A DNA stretch of 32,000 bases from Aeropyrum pernix K1 (GCF_000011125.1 NC_000854.2:1380001-1412000); one strand, 5' to 3'. Shown: positions 15,679-24,717, counted from the first letter of the stretch. Made by a program: numbers and translations. Notes: a model not told the origin generated them from the letters alone.

Positions 15679-15694
15679 GGGGTCTCGAGACCCC
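15679..15694 (+). terminator. Perfect 16-nt palindrome GGGGTCTCGAGACCCC immediately after the S30e stop
   Basis: Read directly from the sequence. It is followed by T-containing tracts (TGTTTTA, CTCTTCCTCTTCTTCT). A terminator role is only inferred. Confidence 0.3.
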
Positions 15695-15938
15695 CCGGCA
15701 TAGCAAAACTGTTTTAGACAACAGCAGCTTTCTAGCTATAAGGGAAATCCTCTTCCTCTTCTTCTGGGTAAATTCTAGCAGCGGACATGAATAGTTGGCA
15801 ATAGATTATCCCTTTTAGGCTCTACTGGAGGTCTCTGGAGGTGGGTTTACCCTGGCTGAAACCTCGTCTAACTACTATGGATACAAGGGTGTTGTAGCCA
15901 AGCTCCTCAGTAAAGCCGGTGCTAAACCTGGCGATGTA

Positions 15939-17222
15939 GTGGAGGTTAGGAGGGGGGACGGCTCTGTTTTTAGGGGAGTCCTCATGCCCAAACATGAAAC
16001 ATCCCATCCCGATACTGTTGTCATCAAACTTGGGAACGGGTATAACATAGGTGTTCTCGTTGGTGAGGGCGACGATATTGTCGTTAAGGGTAGTCTGAGG
16101 CCGGGTACACCAGGGGCGCTAGTCCCCCTTCTGGAGGAGCCTCTACAACCCGCGGAGGAGAGGGTTTATATAATTGGCGCGGGCGGGACTATAGCTAGCC
16201 GTGTCGACTATGAGACTGGCGCTGTCAAGCCTTATCTAGATGCTTCTGAGCTCGCAACCACAATTCCGGAGCTCCAGAGATACGCCTCTATCGAGGCTGA
16301 GCAGCTCTTCTCTATACTGAGCGAGGATATGAAGCCGAGTATGTGGGAGGCTATAGTCGATAGGGCTGCAAGGGTCCTTGAGGCAGGTTATGATGGCGTG
16401 GTTGTAGCACACGGCACCGATACAATGGCTTTCACAGCCTCTGCACTCTCCTTCGCCTTCCACAAGGGGCTGCCGAGCCCGGTTATACTCACGGGTAGCC
16501 AGAGGAGTAGCGACAGGCCTAGCAGCGATGCCGCCTTCAACCTCACAGCCTCTGTGCTCGCGGCTTCACGGGCCCCCTTCGCCGAGGTGGCGGTTGTGAT
16601 GCACGGCGAAACGGGTGACACATATGCGCTGGCCCACAGGGGTGTTAGAGTTAAAAAGATGCACTCCAGCAGAAGGGACGCGTTCCAGAGCGTCAACGAC
16701 AAGCCCTTGGCCAGGATCTACCCCTTCGAAGGCAGGGTCGAGATGCTGCGGGACGACTATAGAAGGAGGGGCGAGTCGGGCCTCGAGGTCGACAACGGGT
16801 TTGAGGAGCGGGTAGCGCTGGTAAAACATTTCCCAGGGTTAATCAGCGAGGTTATAGATGCGCTGCTCGACAGGGGGTTCAAGGGCATAGTCGTTGAGGG
16901 CACCGGGTTCGGCCATGTAAGTAGCGACGCTATAAAGTCGATCGAGAGAGCTAGAGACCAGGGAGTCCCAATAGTCATCACGACGCAGACCGTATTCGGC
17001 CGTGTAAACTTAAACGTGTACAGCACTGGGAGGAAGATGCTAGCCGCGGGCGCCATACCCGCGGGCGACATGACCAGCGAGGCTGCCTATGCGAAGCTCT
17101 CCTGGATATTGGCTAGAACCCGGGAGCTGGAGGTGGTTAGGAAGATGTTCCAAAGAAATCTCGCTGGAGAGGTTAGCGAGAGGCACATACTGAGGCTATA
17201 CCGCCATATAGGAGGTGTCTAA
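15939..17222 (+). CDS. gatD: Glutamyl-tRNA(Gln) amidotransferase subunit D
   Basis: Asparaginase-like motifs are present (IIGAGGTIAS, HGTDTM). It lies directly upstream of gatE. GTG 15939 is the first canonical start, but GatD-like sequence continues upstream in frame (see findings). Confidence 0.9.
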   Translation: MEVRRGDGSVFRGVLMPKHETSHPDTVVIKLGNGYNIGVLVGEGDDIVVKGSLRPGTPGALVPLLEEPLQPAEERVYIIGAGGTIASRVDYETGAVKPYLDASELATTIPELQRYASIEAEQLFSILSEDMKPSMWEAIVDRAARVLEAGYDGVVVAHGTDTMAFTASALSFAFHKGLPSPVILTGSQRSSDRPSSDAAFNLTASVLAASRAPFAEVAVVMHGETGDTYALAHRGVRVKKMHSSRRDAFQSVNDKPLARIYPFEGRVEMLRDDYRRRGESGLEVDNGFEERVALVKHFPGLISEVIDALLDRGFKGIVVEGTGFGHVSSDAIKSIERARDQGVPIVITTQTVFGRVNLNVYSTGRKMLAAGAIPAGDMTSEAAYAKLSWILARTRELEVVRKMFQRNLAGEVSERHILRLYRHIGGV

Positions 17223-17224
17223 CC

Positions 17225-19153
17225 GTGTCTCGCATAGACTACAGGTCTATCGGCCTCAAGGTTGGCCTTGAGATACACCAGCAGCTAGACACTAGGGAGA
17301 AGCTTTTCTGCAGCTGCCCCGCCGAGCTTGGAGAGGAGGAGCATGACGAGTTCGTGAGGCAGCTTAGGCCCACGAGGAGCGAGCTGGGCGACGTCGACCC
17401 CGCAGCCCTCTTCGAGTGGAGGAAAGGGAGGCTCTACATATACCAAGCCCCCCTTAACCACTCCTGCCTTGTAGAGGCCGACGAGGAGCCGCCCCACCCT
17501 ATAAACAGGGAGGCTGTAGCGGTGGCTGTGGCAGTTGCCAAGGCACTGGGATCAGCAATAGTCGACGAGGTTCACGTGATGAGGAAGACTGTGATAGATG
17601 GGAGCAACACGAGCGGCTTCCAGAGGACGGCTATAGTGGCGCTCGGCGGCTCCATCAGGGTGGGCAGTAAGGAGGTGCCCATAGAGACTATAGTTATTGA
17701 GGAGGACGCGGCGAGGAAGGTGGGGGAGAAGGGTAGATACGTTGTATACAGGCTTGACAGGCTTGGCATACCGCTGATAGAGATAGCGACGGCGCCAGTT
17801 ATAGAGAGCCCCGGGGAGGCGAGGGAAGTGGCTCTGGCTATAGGAACCATGCTCAGGCTGACAGGGAAGGTTAAGAGGGGGTTGGGGACGATACGCCAGG
17901 ACCTCAACGTCAGTATACGGGGAGGGGCTAAGACAGAGATTAAGGGTGTGCAGAGGCTAGAGCTTATACCTAGAGTCATAGAGTACGAGGTCCTGAGGCA
18001 GCTGAGCCTGCTTAGGATAAGGGATATGCTGAGGGAGAGGGGGGTCTCTAGGGAAGAGCTGGAGAATGTAGAGCCTGTGGACGTGTCCAGCCTGCTGGCC
18101 GGTTCTAAGAGCAGGGTTATAAAGAAAGTCCTGTCTAGCGGGGGCAAGGTGATAGCCGTGAAACTACCTAGGATGAAGGGTATAATCGGCATGGAGATCA
18201 TGCCGGGCAGGCGGTTTGGGACGGAGCTTGCCGACTACGCCAGATTCTGGGGGGGCGTTGGCGGCATCATACATAGTGACGAGCTCCCGGGGTATGGTAT
18301 AACCGGGGATGAGGTAGAGAAGATATATGAAGCGGTTGGAGGGGATCCAGGGGTTGACGCGTTCGCTCTTGTTGCTGACAAGCCTTCGAACGCTTTGAGA
18401 GCCGCTAGAGCTGTTCTGGAGAGGGTTGCAGCCGCTCTCGAGGGTGTGCCGGAGGAGACGAGGGCGGCGTTGGAGGATGGCACGACGAGGTATCTGAGGC
18501 CGAGGCCAGGTAGTGCCAGGATGTATCCCGAGACCGATATACCCCCGCTTAGGATAGACGAGAATATACTATCCATGGCCGAGCCTCTGGTGCCGGAGCC
18601 TCCAGAGGTTGTTGCGATGAGGCTAAAGAAGGAGTACGGCCTCTCAGACCAGCTCGCATGGGAGGTGATAAGGGATGAGAGATACAGGCTTATAGTGAGC
18701 CTCCTGGAGAAATACCGTGGAACGCTGGAGCCAAGCTACGTAGCTGGCTTCTTCGTTGTAGTGCTACGGGGTCTGGAAGGCGAGGGTGTGGAGGTGTGGA
18801 AGGTTGATGACGCGATCCTCGAAAAGATCCTCGATATGGTGGCCCAGGGGGAGATAGCCAGGGAGGCTGCAGCAGAGCTTGTCAAGTACCTAGCTAACAA
18901 CCCCGGCTCCACTGTGGAAGAGGCTGTTGAGAAGCTGGGGCTAAGGAGGCTTTCAAGAGAGGAGGTCGAGCGCATCGTAGACGAGATAGTTGGAGGGCTG
19001 AGAGAAGAGATACTGAAGAGAGGCGAAAAGGCTGTGGGGCTTGTGATGGGAAGGGCCATGGCTAAGCTGAGGGGGCGGGCTGACGGGAGGCTGGTCTCCG
19101 AGATAGTCTCTAGAAAGATAAGGGAGATTCTAGACTCGGATGGAAAGGGCTAG
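17225..19153 (+). CDS. gatE: Glutamyl-tRNA(Gln) amidotransferase subunit E
   Basis: 642 aa. The N-terminus GLKVGLEIHQQL...KLFCSCP is typical for GatE/GatB. The GTG start lies 2 nt after the gatD stop. Confidence 0.93.
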   Translation: MSRIDYRSIGLKVGLEIHQQLDTREKLFCSCPAELGEEEHDEFVRQLRPTRSELGDVDPAALFEWRKGRLYIYQAPLNHSCLVEADEEPPHPINREAVAVAVAVAKALGSAIVDEVHVMRKTVIDGSNTSGFQRTAIVALGGSIRVGSKEVPIETIVIEEDAARKVGEKGRYVVYRLDRLGIPLIEIATAPVIESPGEAREVALAIGTMLRLTGKVKRGLGTIRQDLNVSIRGGAKTEIKGVQRLELIPRVIEYEVLRQLSLLRIRDMLRERGVSREELENVEPVDVSSLLAGSKSRVIKKVLSSGGKVIAVKLPRMKGIIGMEIMPGRRFGTELADYARFWGGVGGIIHSDELPGYGITGDEVEKIYEAVGGDPGVDAFALVADKPSNALRAARAVLERVAAALEGVPEETRAALEDGTTRYLRPRPGSARMYPETDIPPLRIDENILSMAEPLVPEPPEVVAMRLKKEYGLSDQLAWEVIRDERYRLIVSLLEKYRGTLEPSYVAGFFVVVLRGLEGEGVEVWKVDDAILEKILDMVAQGEIAREAAAELVKYLANNPGSTVEEAVEKLGLRRLSREEVERIVDEIVGGLREEILKRGEKAVGLVMGRAMAKLRGRADGRLVSEIVSRKIREILDSDGKG

Positions 19154-19187
19154 GCGAAAAGGCCTCGGCAATCGCTCCCCCAGACAT

Positions 19188-19208
19188 AGGCCCTCTAGGG
19201 CCTTTCTT
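19188..19208. terminator. Hairpin AGGCCC-TCTA-GGGCCT followed by TTCTT, between convergent gatE and the platform gene
   Basis: 6-bp GC-rich stem with a 4-nt loop, read directly from the sequence. It sits in a convergent spacer. Function is inferred. Confidence 0.3.
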
Positions 19209-19272
19209 AAAGGCCAATTATCCTCATCGGCCTAGACAGACTGCATCACCCTCTACTCTCCCTACTACCCCC

Positions 19273-20127
19273 CTAGCTTATAGGCAGTAGGAACACTCCC
19301 AACGTTACTATGGCTAGAGTTATTACAATTAATATTATGCTGTGTATGAAGCCCGCTCCTATAGTACCTTCTCTTATCTTACCGGCCATAAGCCCCATCA
19401 TCCAGGAGTTCAGCATCACGCCTATAGCGAGTATAAGGCCGACCACACCTATGTTCTCCGGCACGGCGACAACAGATGTCTCACCCCCGGGGTTGACGAC
19501 CTGCAGGGTCTTTATGGTGTAGCCCAGCATGACAAGTGTAGATGCGGCCACGATTATTGCACCGAGATATGGCATTATTATATAGATCCTAGTCCTCTTC
19601 CTGAATTCGTCCTGAATACTGACTAGACCGTATGTGTACCTCGCCAGGGCGTCAAGCACCTCGGGGCTCCCACCACCCACGCTTATAGAGTCCACCAGGA
19701 ATCTTAGGGCTGAGAGTGAAGCCCAGTCCTTAATTCTCCGGACCGAACGCCTGACAGAGTCTTCGAGGGACATGCCTAGCTGGAGGCTTGTGGCTATACG
19801 CCTGACCACCTTGGTAAGAGGCCCGTAGTCTCTGGCGGAGAGGCTTATTATACTCTGCTCGGGGCTGAGCCCGGTCTTCCTAGTCTCTGCAATGTCTCTG
19901 AGGAAGTTTGACATGGCCAATCCTATACCCTTGTTGGCTCTAGTTACGTTGAAGTGAGATACAGCCGGGGGGATGCTAACTACTATTAGGTAGAGCCCGG
20001 CGAGCCCCGATATTCTGAGTATGTCCGCCTTCGTAGGATCTTTACCAGCCAGGATACTGTTAACGCCTGAGAGGGCGTAAACAACGGGAAGTAATGCCAG
20101 TGCTAGGGGAAGGCTATAGATAGCCAA
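19273..20127 (-). CDS. Type IV filament platform protein, second T2SSF (FlaJ/TadC-like) repeat
   Basis: 284 aa polytopic membrane protein. Its cytoplasmic helical domain (IAETRKTGLSPEQSIISLS...LQLGMSLEDSVRR) is typical of T2SSF domains. The TTG start lies 2 nt after the upstream stop. Confidence 0.75.
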   Translation of the reverse strand: MAIYSLPLALALLPVVYALSGVNSILAGKDPTKADILRISGLAGLYLIVVSIPPAVSHFNVTRANKGIGLAMSNFLRDIAETRKTGLSPEQSIISLSARDYGPLTKVVRRIATSLQLGMSLEDSVRRSVRRIKDWASLSALRFLVDSISVGGGSPEVLDALARYTYGLVSIQDEFRKRTRIYIIMPYLGAIIVAASTLVMLGYTIKTLQVVNPGGETSVVAVPENIGVVGLILAIGVMLNSWMMGLMAGKIREGTIGAGFIHSIILIVITLAIVTLGVFLLPIS

Positions 20128-20129
20128 CG

Positions 20130-21128
20130 CTACCAGGTGTCCTTAATCTGGATAGGCTCCTTGGGCCTGGCTCTGTCTACTAGCAAGAGCATGATTACGT
20201 TTATAGTCGGAAGCACCAGGAAGCTGTAGAGTATGAGCTGCGTTGTGCTGGCATACTGTGCCGATGCCACTCCACCTAGGTTACCATGGAACACACTGCT
20301 TATTGTGAAGAATATGTAGAACACTATGGTTGCTATGACAGCTACAACGAGATATATCTCTAGGTATAGTGTCATCCTCTCAGCTAGGAGCCTTATATCG
20401 TTTAGACGCCTCTCGAAAAGATCCTGCGTCCTTATCTCAAGATAGTGGATCACGTCCGACCCTACCTTCACTGCAGTGGTGTAGCCTAGTATGAAGTCTC
20501 TGAACACGCTGCTTGGGCTATCTAGGACATGCTCTTCCAAAGCGTCCAGGGGATTCTTGCCGAGAAGCCTTATTTTAGTCCTTATCATTTCCGCCTCTTC
20601 TCTCAACGCCTTAAATATTTTCAGGCTAGCAACCCTGTCTATAACCAGGCTAACTGGAACCCCGCCCCTCCCCATTATCGAGAGATAGGCAGCGAAAAAC
20701 GGCAGCTCCGTTTCTATACCCTCCTTTCTTGAGCCGGTTTTGAGCGAGGGATACATAAGACCCGCTGCAAAAACCATGAAGGGAGCAGAGAGAGCTATCA
20801 AGACTACTATCGCTTTAACAATTATGGAGAAACCGCTGAGTAGGGTCCAGAAGGAGAAGTAGACGCCGAGGAGGAACACTGCTGTGGATAATAGGAGCAG
20901 GCGAGACATATACATGACGGGGTAAACCTGGATACCAGCTATCTTTAGGTTCCTCTCGAGTTCGAACGTTTTTACAAGCCTTACAGCCAGCCACGAGAAG
21001 TAGTTGTAAGCTATATAGTCTACTATGTCCGAGAAGGTAACCCTGACTTCGGCCCTATACACTGCCTCCCCTTCTCTTTTCCTCCTCCTCAACCTGCGGG
21101 CTAGTGGTATGCGATCCAGTATCGACAA
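20130..21128 (-). CDS. Type IV filament platform protein, first T2SSF (FlaJ/TadB-like) repeat
   Basis: 332 aa with TM helices flanking a cytoplasmic helical domain (ELPFFAAYLSIMGRGGVPVSLVIDRV...LGKNPLDALEE). It lies directly downstream of the assembly ATPase. Confidence 0.75.
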   Translation of the reverse strand: MSILDRIPLARRLRRRKREGEAVYRAEVRVTFSDIVDYIAYNYFSWLAVRLVKTFELERNLKIAGIQVYPVMYMSRLLLLSTAVFLLGVYFSFWTLLSGFSIIVKAIVVLIALSAPFMVFAAGLMYPSLKTGSRKEGIETELPFFAAYLSIMGRGGVPVSLVIDRVASLKIFKALREEAEMIRTKIRLLGKNPLDALEEHVLDSPSSVFRDFILGYTTAVKVGSDVIHYLEIRTQDLFERRLNDIRLLAERMTLYLEIYLVVAVIATIVFYIFFTISSVFHGNLGGVASAQYASTTQLILYSFLVLPTINVIMLLLVDRARPKEPIQIKDTW

Positions 21129-21177
21129 ACCATCACAACCCCCGTATGTACCATAGCCTCGCCGGCCGGTGGCGTTG

Positions 21178-22920
21178 TTAAATTAACTCGGTTTTCAGCT
21201 CTTTCGCCGCCCTCTCATAAACGTCGTCTGGACTGTAGTAGTACTTGAAGATTATTGGCGCAACCTCCCTGTATCGCCTTATTCCGCTTTTTGCCATCCA
21301 TAGGAGGACAAGCTTTCTTCTTTCAATCTCGGCGAGGACCTCGTCTTTAGTAAGGCCGACAAGTTTACCTATCTCAGCTATAGCAACGCTCTTCTCCATG
21401 AAATGCTCGTGCTCTTTGGTGAAGGGGTTCCATCTGGCCACCTCTATAGCGTCTTCGCTAGAGGGCCCCGTAATCTCCCAGACATCGGTGACTTTACGCG
21501 CTATCCTATGGCCCTCTGGGCTCGCCGGGTCGGGGAGCCTAACCCTCTTGACAGCCAGGGCGAACTTGACCAGGGGTATGTAGCCTTCCGGTATGTTCAT
21601 AGGAGGCGATGTCAGCCTTCTTATCATAGCCTCTATAGTCTCGGAGTGTATTGTCGTGAGACCCCCGTGACCCGTGGCTAGGGCCTGGAAGAGGACGTAC
21701 GCCTCCTCACCCCTGACCTCACCTACTATTATCACGTCGGGCCTGTACCTCAGGCTGACTCTAACCAGGTCATAAAGGCTAATCTCACCCCTAGACTCTC
21801 CTGTCACGCTGAAACTAGGCCTCGATACCAGCTGCACCCAGTTCTCGTGGGGCAGCTTTATCTCGGGCGTATCCTCTATGGTCACAATCTTCACGTTGGG
21901 CCTCAGCAGTGTTGCTATTGCGTTGAGTGTGGTAGTCTTTCCGGAGCCGGTTACACCCATTATTATCCCGGGCATTCTATACTCGGCCATAAGCCAGAGG
22001 TAGGCAGCTATGTCCGGAGAGATTGTGCCACCGATTATCAAGTCTACAATGCTGAGGGGAGTGGCCTTGAACTTACGTATCGTGAAGGTGGAGCCCTGCG
22101 TGCTAACTTCCCTCCTGAAGGTTGCCGCGACTCTATGTCCCTCGGGCAGGACAGCGTCGAGCACGGGGAAGGCGACGCTTATGTGCTTGCCTGCTCTATG
22201 TGCCAGGAGGAGTATCATGTGGTCGAGCTGCCTCTCGTCTTCGAATACTATGTTGCTCTTTATGCTTTCGTACTCCTGGTGCCAAACGTACACGGGCCTG
22301 CCGACGCCGTCACAGCTAATGTCCTCTAGGTACTCGTCCTTCATGAGCACGTCTATGGGCCCGTAGCCCACGTTATTCCTGATCATGTAGTAGAGTATCT
22401 TGCTCCATGATATCTCCTCCACTTCGCTAGCCATCTTGATTCTATAGATGTTCACAATCCTCTTGATCTGGCGTATCAGGAACTCCCTCTCCTTCTCGGC
22501 GAGCGTGGCTCCCGGTATTGTCTTCAACTCTTCTTCAGTGGGGTGCCTGAGCTCCCAGTTCAGGATCTCCATGATCCTGTTGTAGGTGTCCTGCTCGACC
22601 TTGTTCATCTCAACCTCGTTTACATAGTAGAGATATTCTCCCGTGTCTTTGTGCTGAAGTATTATGACCCTGGCCCATGGGTCTTCGATGCTGTAGGTTT
22701 TAACAGGTTTATAAACGACGCTTAGCCTGAGGAGCTTCGCATCGAGGCTAGCCTCTATCGCTGGCCTGAGAGCCTTCTCCTCCCTTCTTATAACCTCGTC
22801 CAGGGTCTCGCTCTCCCTGAAATCGCTTCCTACCCCGCCAGGCTGGGCTAGCCTATCACCCTCAGACCTGCCGCGTAAGGCTGTCGGTAACCTTGAAATC
22901 TTCTTAAAGAGCCTTTTCAA
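21178..22920 (-). CDS. FlaI/PilB-like type IV filament assembly ATPase (GspE/VirB11 superfamily)
   Basis: 580 aa with Walker A GVTGSGKTTTLNAI, a Walker B/Asp box region RPDVIIVGEVRGEEA, and His box LATGHGGLTTIHS. The FlaI-like N-terminal domain carries Y..V.E motifs. TTG start. Confidence 0.9.
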   Translation of the reverse strand: MKRLFKKISRLPTALRGRSEGDRLAQPGGVGSDFRESETLDEVIRREEKALRPAIEASLDAKLLRLSVVYKPVKTYSIEDPWARVIILQHKDTGEYLYYVNEVEMNKVEQDTYNRIMEILNWELRHPTEEELKTIPGATLAEKEREFLIRQIKRIVNIYRIKMASEVEEISWSKILYYMIRNNVGYGPIDVLMKDEYLEDISCDGVGRPVYVWHQEYESIKSNIVFEDERQLDHMILLLAHRAGKHISVAFPVLDAVLPEGHRVAATFRREVSTQGSTFTIRKFKATPLSIVDLIIGGTISPDIAAYLWLMAEYRMPGIIMGVTGSGKTTTLNAIATLLRPNVKIVTIEDTPEIKLPHENWVQLVSRPSFSVTGESRGEISLYDLVRVSLRYRPDVIIVGEVRGEEAYVLFQALATGHGGLTTIHSETIEAMIRRLTSPPMNIPEGYIPLVKFALAVKRVRLPDPASPEGHRIARKVTDVWEITGPSSEDAIEVARWNPFTKEHEHFMEKSVAIAEIGKLVGLTKDEVLAEIERRKLVLLWMAKSGIRRYREVAPIIFKYYYSPDDVYERAAKELKTELI

Positions 22921-23055
22921 ACCTAATAGCCCCCTTAAGCCGGGCCTTGAGGCTCCTCAGGATAATATGGGTTAGCCGAGGCATAATATAAAGGTTTGAA
23001 GCTCAGAGAGGAGGCTGCATGAGTTGCTGCTGGCCACTACTTCTATGGCACGGTG

Positions 23056-23502
23056 TTACTCTACTTCCACATTCTCCTCGACGCTCACACCGTTTCTCAC
23101 TAGACTGTTATACACGGGGCACAGCTCCTTAACCTTACTAACTATGAGGTTAGCGGTATCTATGTCGACACCCTTGAATACGTAGCGGATGCTGAGGCTC
23201 CGCAACCCCTCGGCAACTTGTACATCCGCCGTGACGGCTACCCTCACGTCGAAGCCGTTATACCCGAGCATACGCCCAACAAGCCTGCTCATGAGCACTT
23301 CGCAGGAGGCCAGGCTCGCCGCCAGGAGTCCTAGTGGCGTAAGACCTCTCTCGGGGCCGCCAGCTTCTCGCTCGGGGTAAACGTCTATTTGTACACCCCC
23401 TGTGGTGACTTTGACAGCATCCCCGGATGGAACCGCCTCAGCCGTAACAGGCTTTAACACTATCTTAAACTTCTCCGAACTCCCAGCCATGTCAGCCACC
23501 AT
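23056..23502 (-). CDS. OsmC/Ohr family peroxiredoxin-like protein
   Basis: 148 aa with an OsmC-type pattern: GLTPLGLLAASLASCEVL ... ELCPVYNSL, giving two conserved Cys. Confidence 0.8.
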   Translation of the reverse strand: MVADMAGSSEKFKIVLKPVTAEAVPSGDAVKVTTGGVQIDVYPEREAGGPERGLTPLGLLAASLASCEVLMSRLVGRMLGYNGFDVRVAVTADVQVAEGLRSLSIRYVFKGVDIDTANLIVSKVKELCPVYNSLVRNGVSVEENVEVE

Positions 23503-23524
23503 ATAGACTCTAGGGTGAGTGGAG

Positions 23525-23532
23525 TTTTTAAA
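23525..23532 (-). promoter_or_regulatory. TATA box (minus strand TTTAAAAA), candidate OsmC promoter implying a leaderless mRNA
   Basis: It lies 22 nt upstream of the OsmC ATG (23502), and no SD motif lies between them. Confidence 0.45.
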
Positions 23533-23632
23533 GATAAGTAAGTTTTTGTAGCTATCGTAAATCCCCGGTCTTATTGGGCTGAAGGTTTAAAACACAAGGC
23601 TGTATTACATGTAATTATATGTAAACTATATG

Positions 23633-23640
23633 GGTTTAAA
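23633..23640 (+). promoter_or_regulatory. TATA-like GGTTTAAA, candidate promoter of the SDH protease gene (leaderless)
   Basis: It lies 27 nt upstream of GTG 23668. A second GGTTTAAA copy lies at 23584-23591. Confidence 0.4.
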
Positions 23641-23667
23641 CGTTTACAGCTTCAAGACGATTGTAGG

Positions 23668-24555
23668 GTGGTATTGGTGGTTTTCGACGCTACGAGCCTT
23701 GTTTGGCTTCTCTTCTGGCTTCTCATACTGGCTTCCATGCTCAACCCTGTTCTGGCTGTCAGGAGGCTTCAGGCCGCTAGGCTGGAGCTGATTAGGAGTA
23801 TGGAGAAGAAGTATGGCTGGCGGGTAATAACTATGATACATAGGGAGGAGAGGGTATCGTTCTTCGGCATACCGCTGAGGAGGTTCATAGACATAGATGA
23901 TAGCGAGGCCGTCATCCGAGCTATAAGGAGCACTCCGCCGGAGAAGCCCATAGCGCTTATACTACACACACCCGGCGGCCTGGTGCTCGCCGCGAGCCAG
24001 ATAGCGAGGGCTCTAAAGAGGCATAGGGGCAGGAAGATCGTGATAGTGCCTCACTATGCAATGAGCGGCGGCACGCTCATTGCCCTAGCGGCGGACGAGA
24101 TTAGGATGGATCCAAACGCTGTCCTAGGCCCTCTAGATCCTCAGCTGTCAGCGGGTCCAACGGGCCCTGCAGTCCCGGCTCCCAGCGTTGTGAAGGTTGC
24201 TAGGATGAAGGGGAAGGACGCGCAGGATACTACACTGATACTTGCTGATGTTGCGGAGAAGGCTATAGAGGAGATGAGGGAGGTTATAACAGAACTGCTT
24301 AAGGATAAGATGGGTGTCGAGAAGGCCAGGGAGACGGCGGTTCTCCTAACCGAGGGTAGGTGGACGCATGACTATCCGATAACGTTTGAGAAGGCCAGGG
24401 AGATAGGTCTGCCCGTAAGCGATGAGGTGCCGCCGGAAGTCTACCAGCTCATGGAGCTCTACCCCCAAGCCCCGGCAAACAGGCCAGGGGTGGAATATCT
24501 GCCCCAGCCCATACCCTACCTCCCGGGCCAAAAGGGTGCTGGAGACAAAGCGTAG
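23668..24555 (+). CDS. Membrane-anchored ClpP-fold serine protease, SDH (serine dehydrogenase proteinase, PF01972-like) family
   Basis: An N-terminal TM helix is followed by ILHTPGGLVLAASQIARAL...VPHYAMSGGTLIALAADEI, the family-typical core. Confidence 0.75.
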   Translation: MVLVVFDATSLVWLLFWLLILASMLNPVLAVRRLQAARLELIRSMEKKYGWRVITMIHREERVSFFGIPLRRFIDIDDSEAVIRAIRSTPPEKPIALILHTPGGLVLAASQIARALKRHRGRKIVIVPHYAMSGGTLIALAADEIRMDPNAVLGPLDPQLSAGPTGPAVPAPSVVKVARMKGKDAQDTTLILADVAEKAIEEMREVITELLKDKMGVEKARETAVLLTEGRWTHDYPITFEKAREIGLPVSDEVPPEVYQLMELYPQAPANRPGVEYLPQPIPYLPGQKGAGDKA

Positions 24556-24717
24556 CAGCGGGACGGGGGCGAACTATTATTTAAACCGAAATCCTGTGCC
24601 AGCATATGCACAGCCTCCCTCATATCACGTTTGAATAGTCAAAACGCAAATCCACACTCTATAAAGCACATCCATATAGACATAATGGTAGAAACCCGTG
24701 TGGAGGAGGTGTAGTTT

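Noticed and set aside
22990-23103. 37-codon plus-strand ORF (MSCCWPLLLWHGVTLLP...) with a GGAGG 5 nt upstream, considered as a possible missing pilin or small membrane peptide.
   Set aside because: It runs antisense into the 3' end of the OsmC gene. It has no class III signal peptide cleavage motif, and it is on the opposite strand from the pilus genes.
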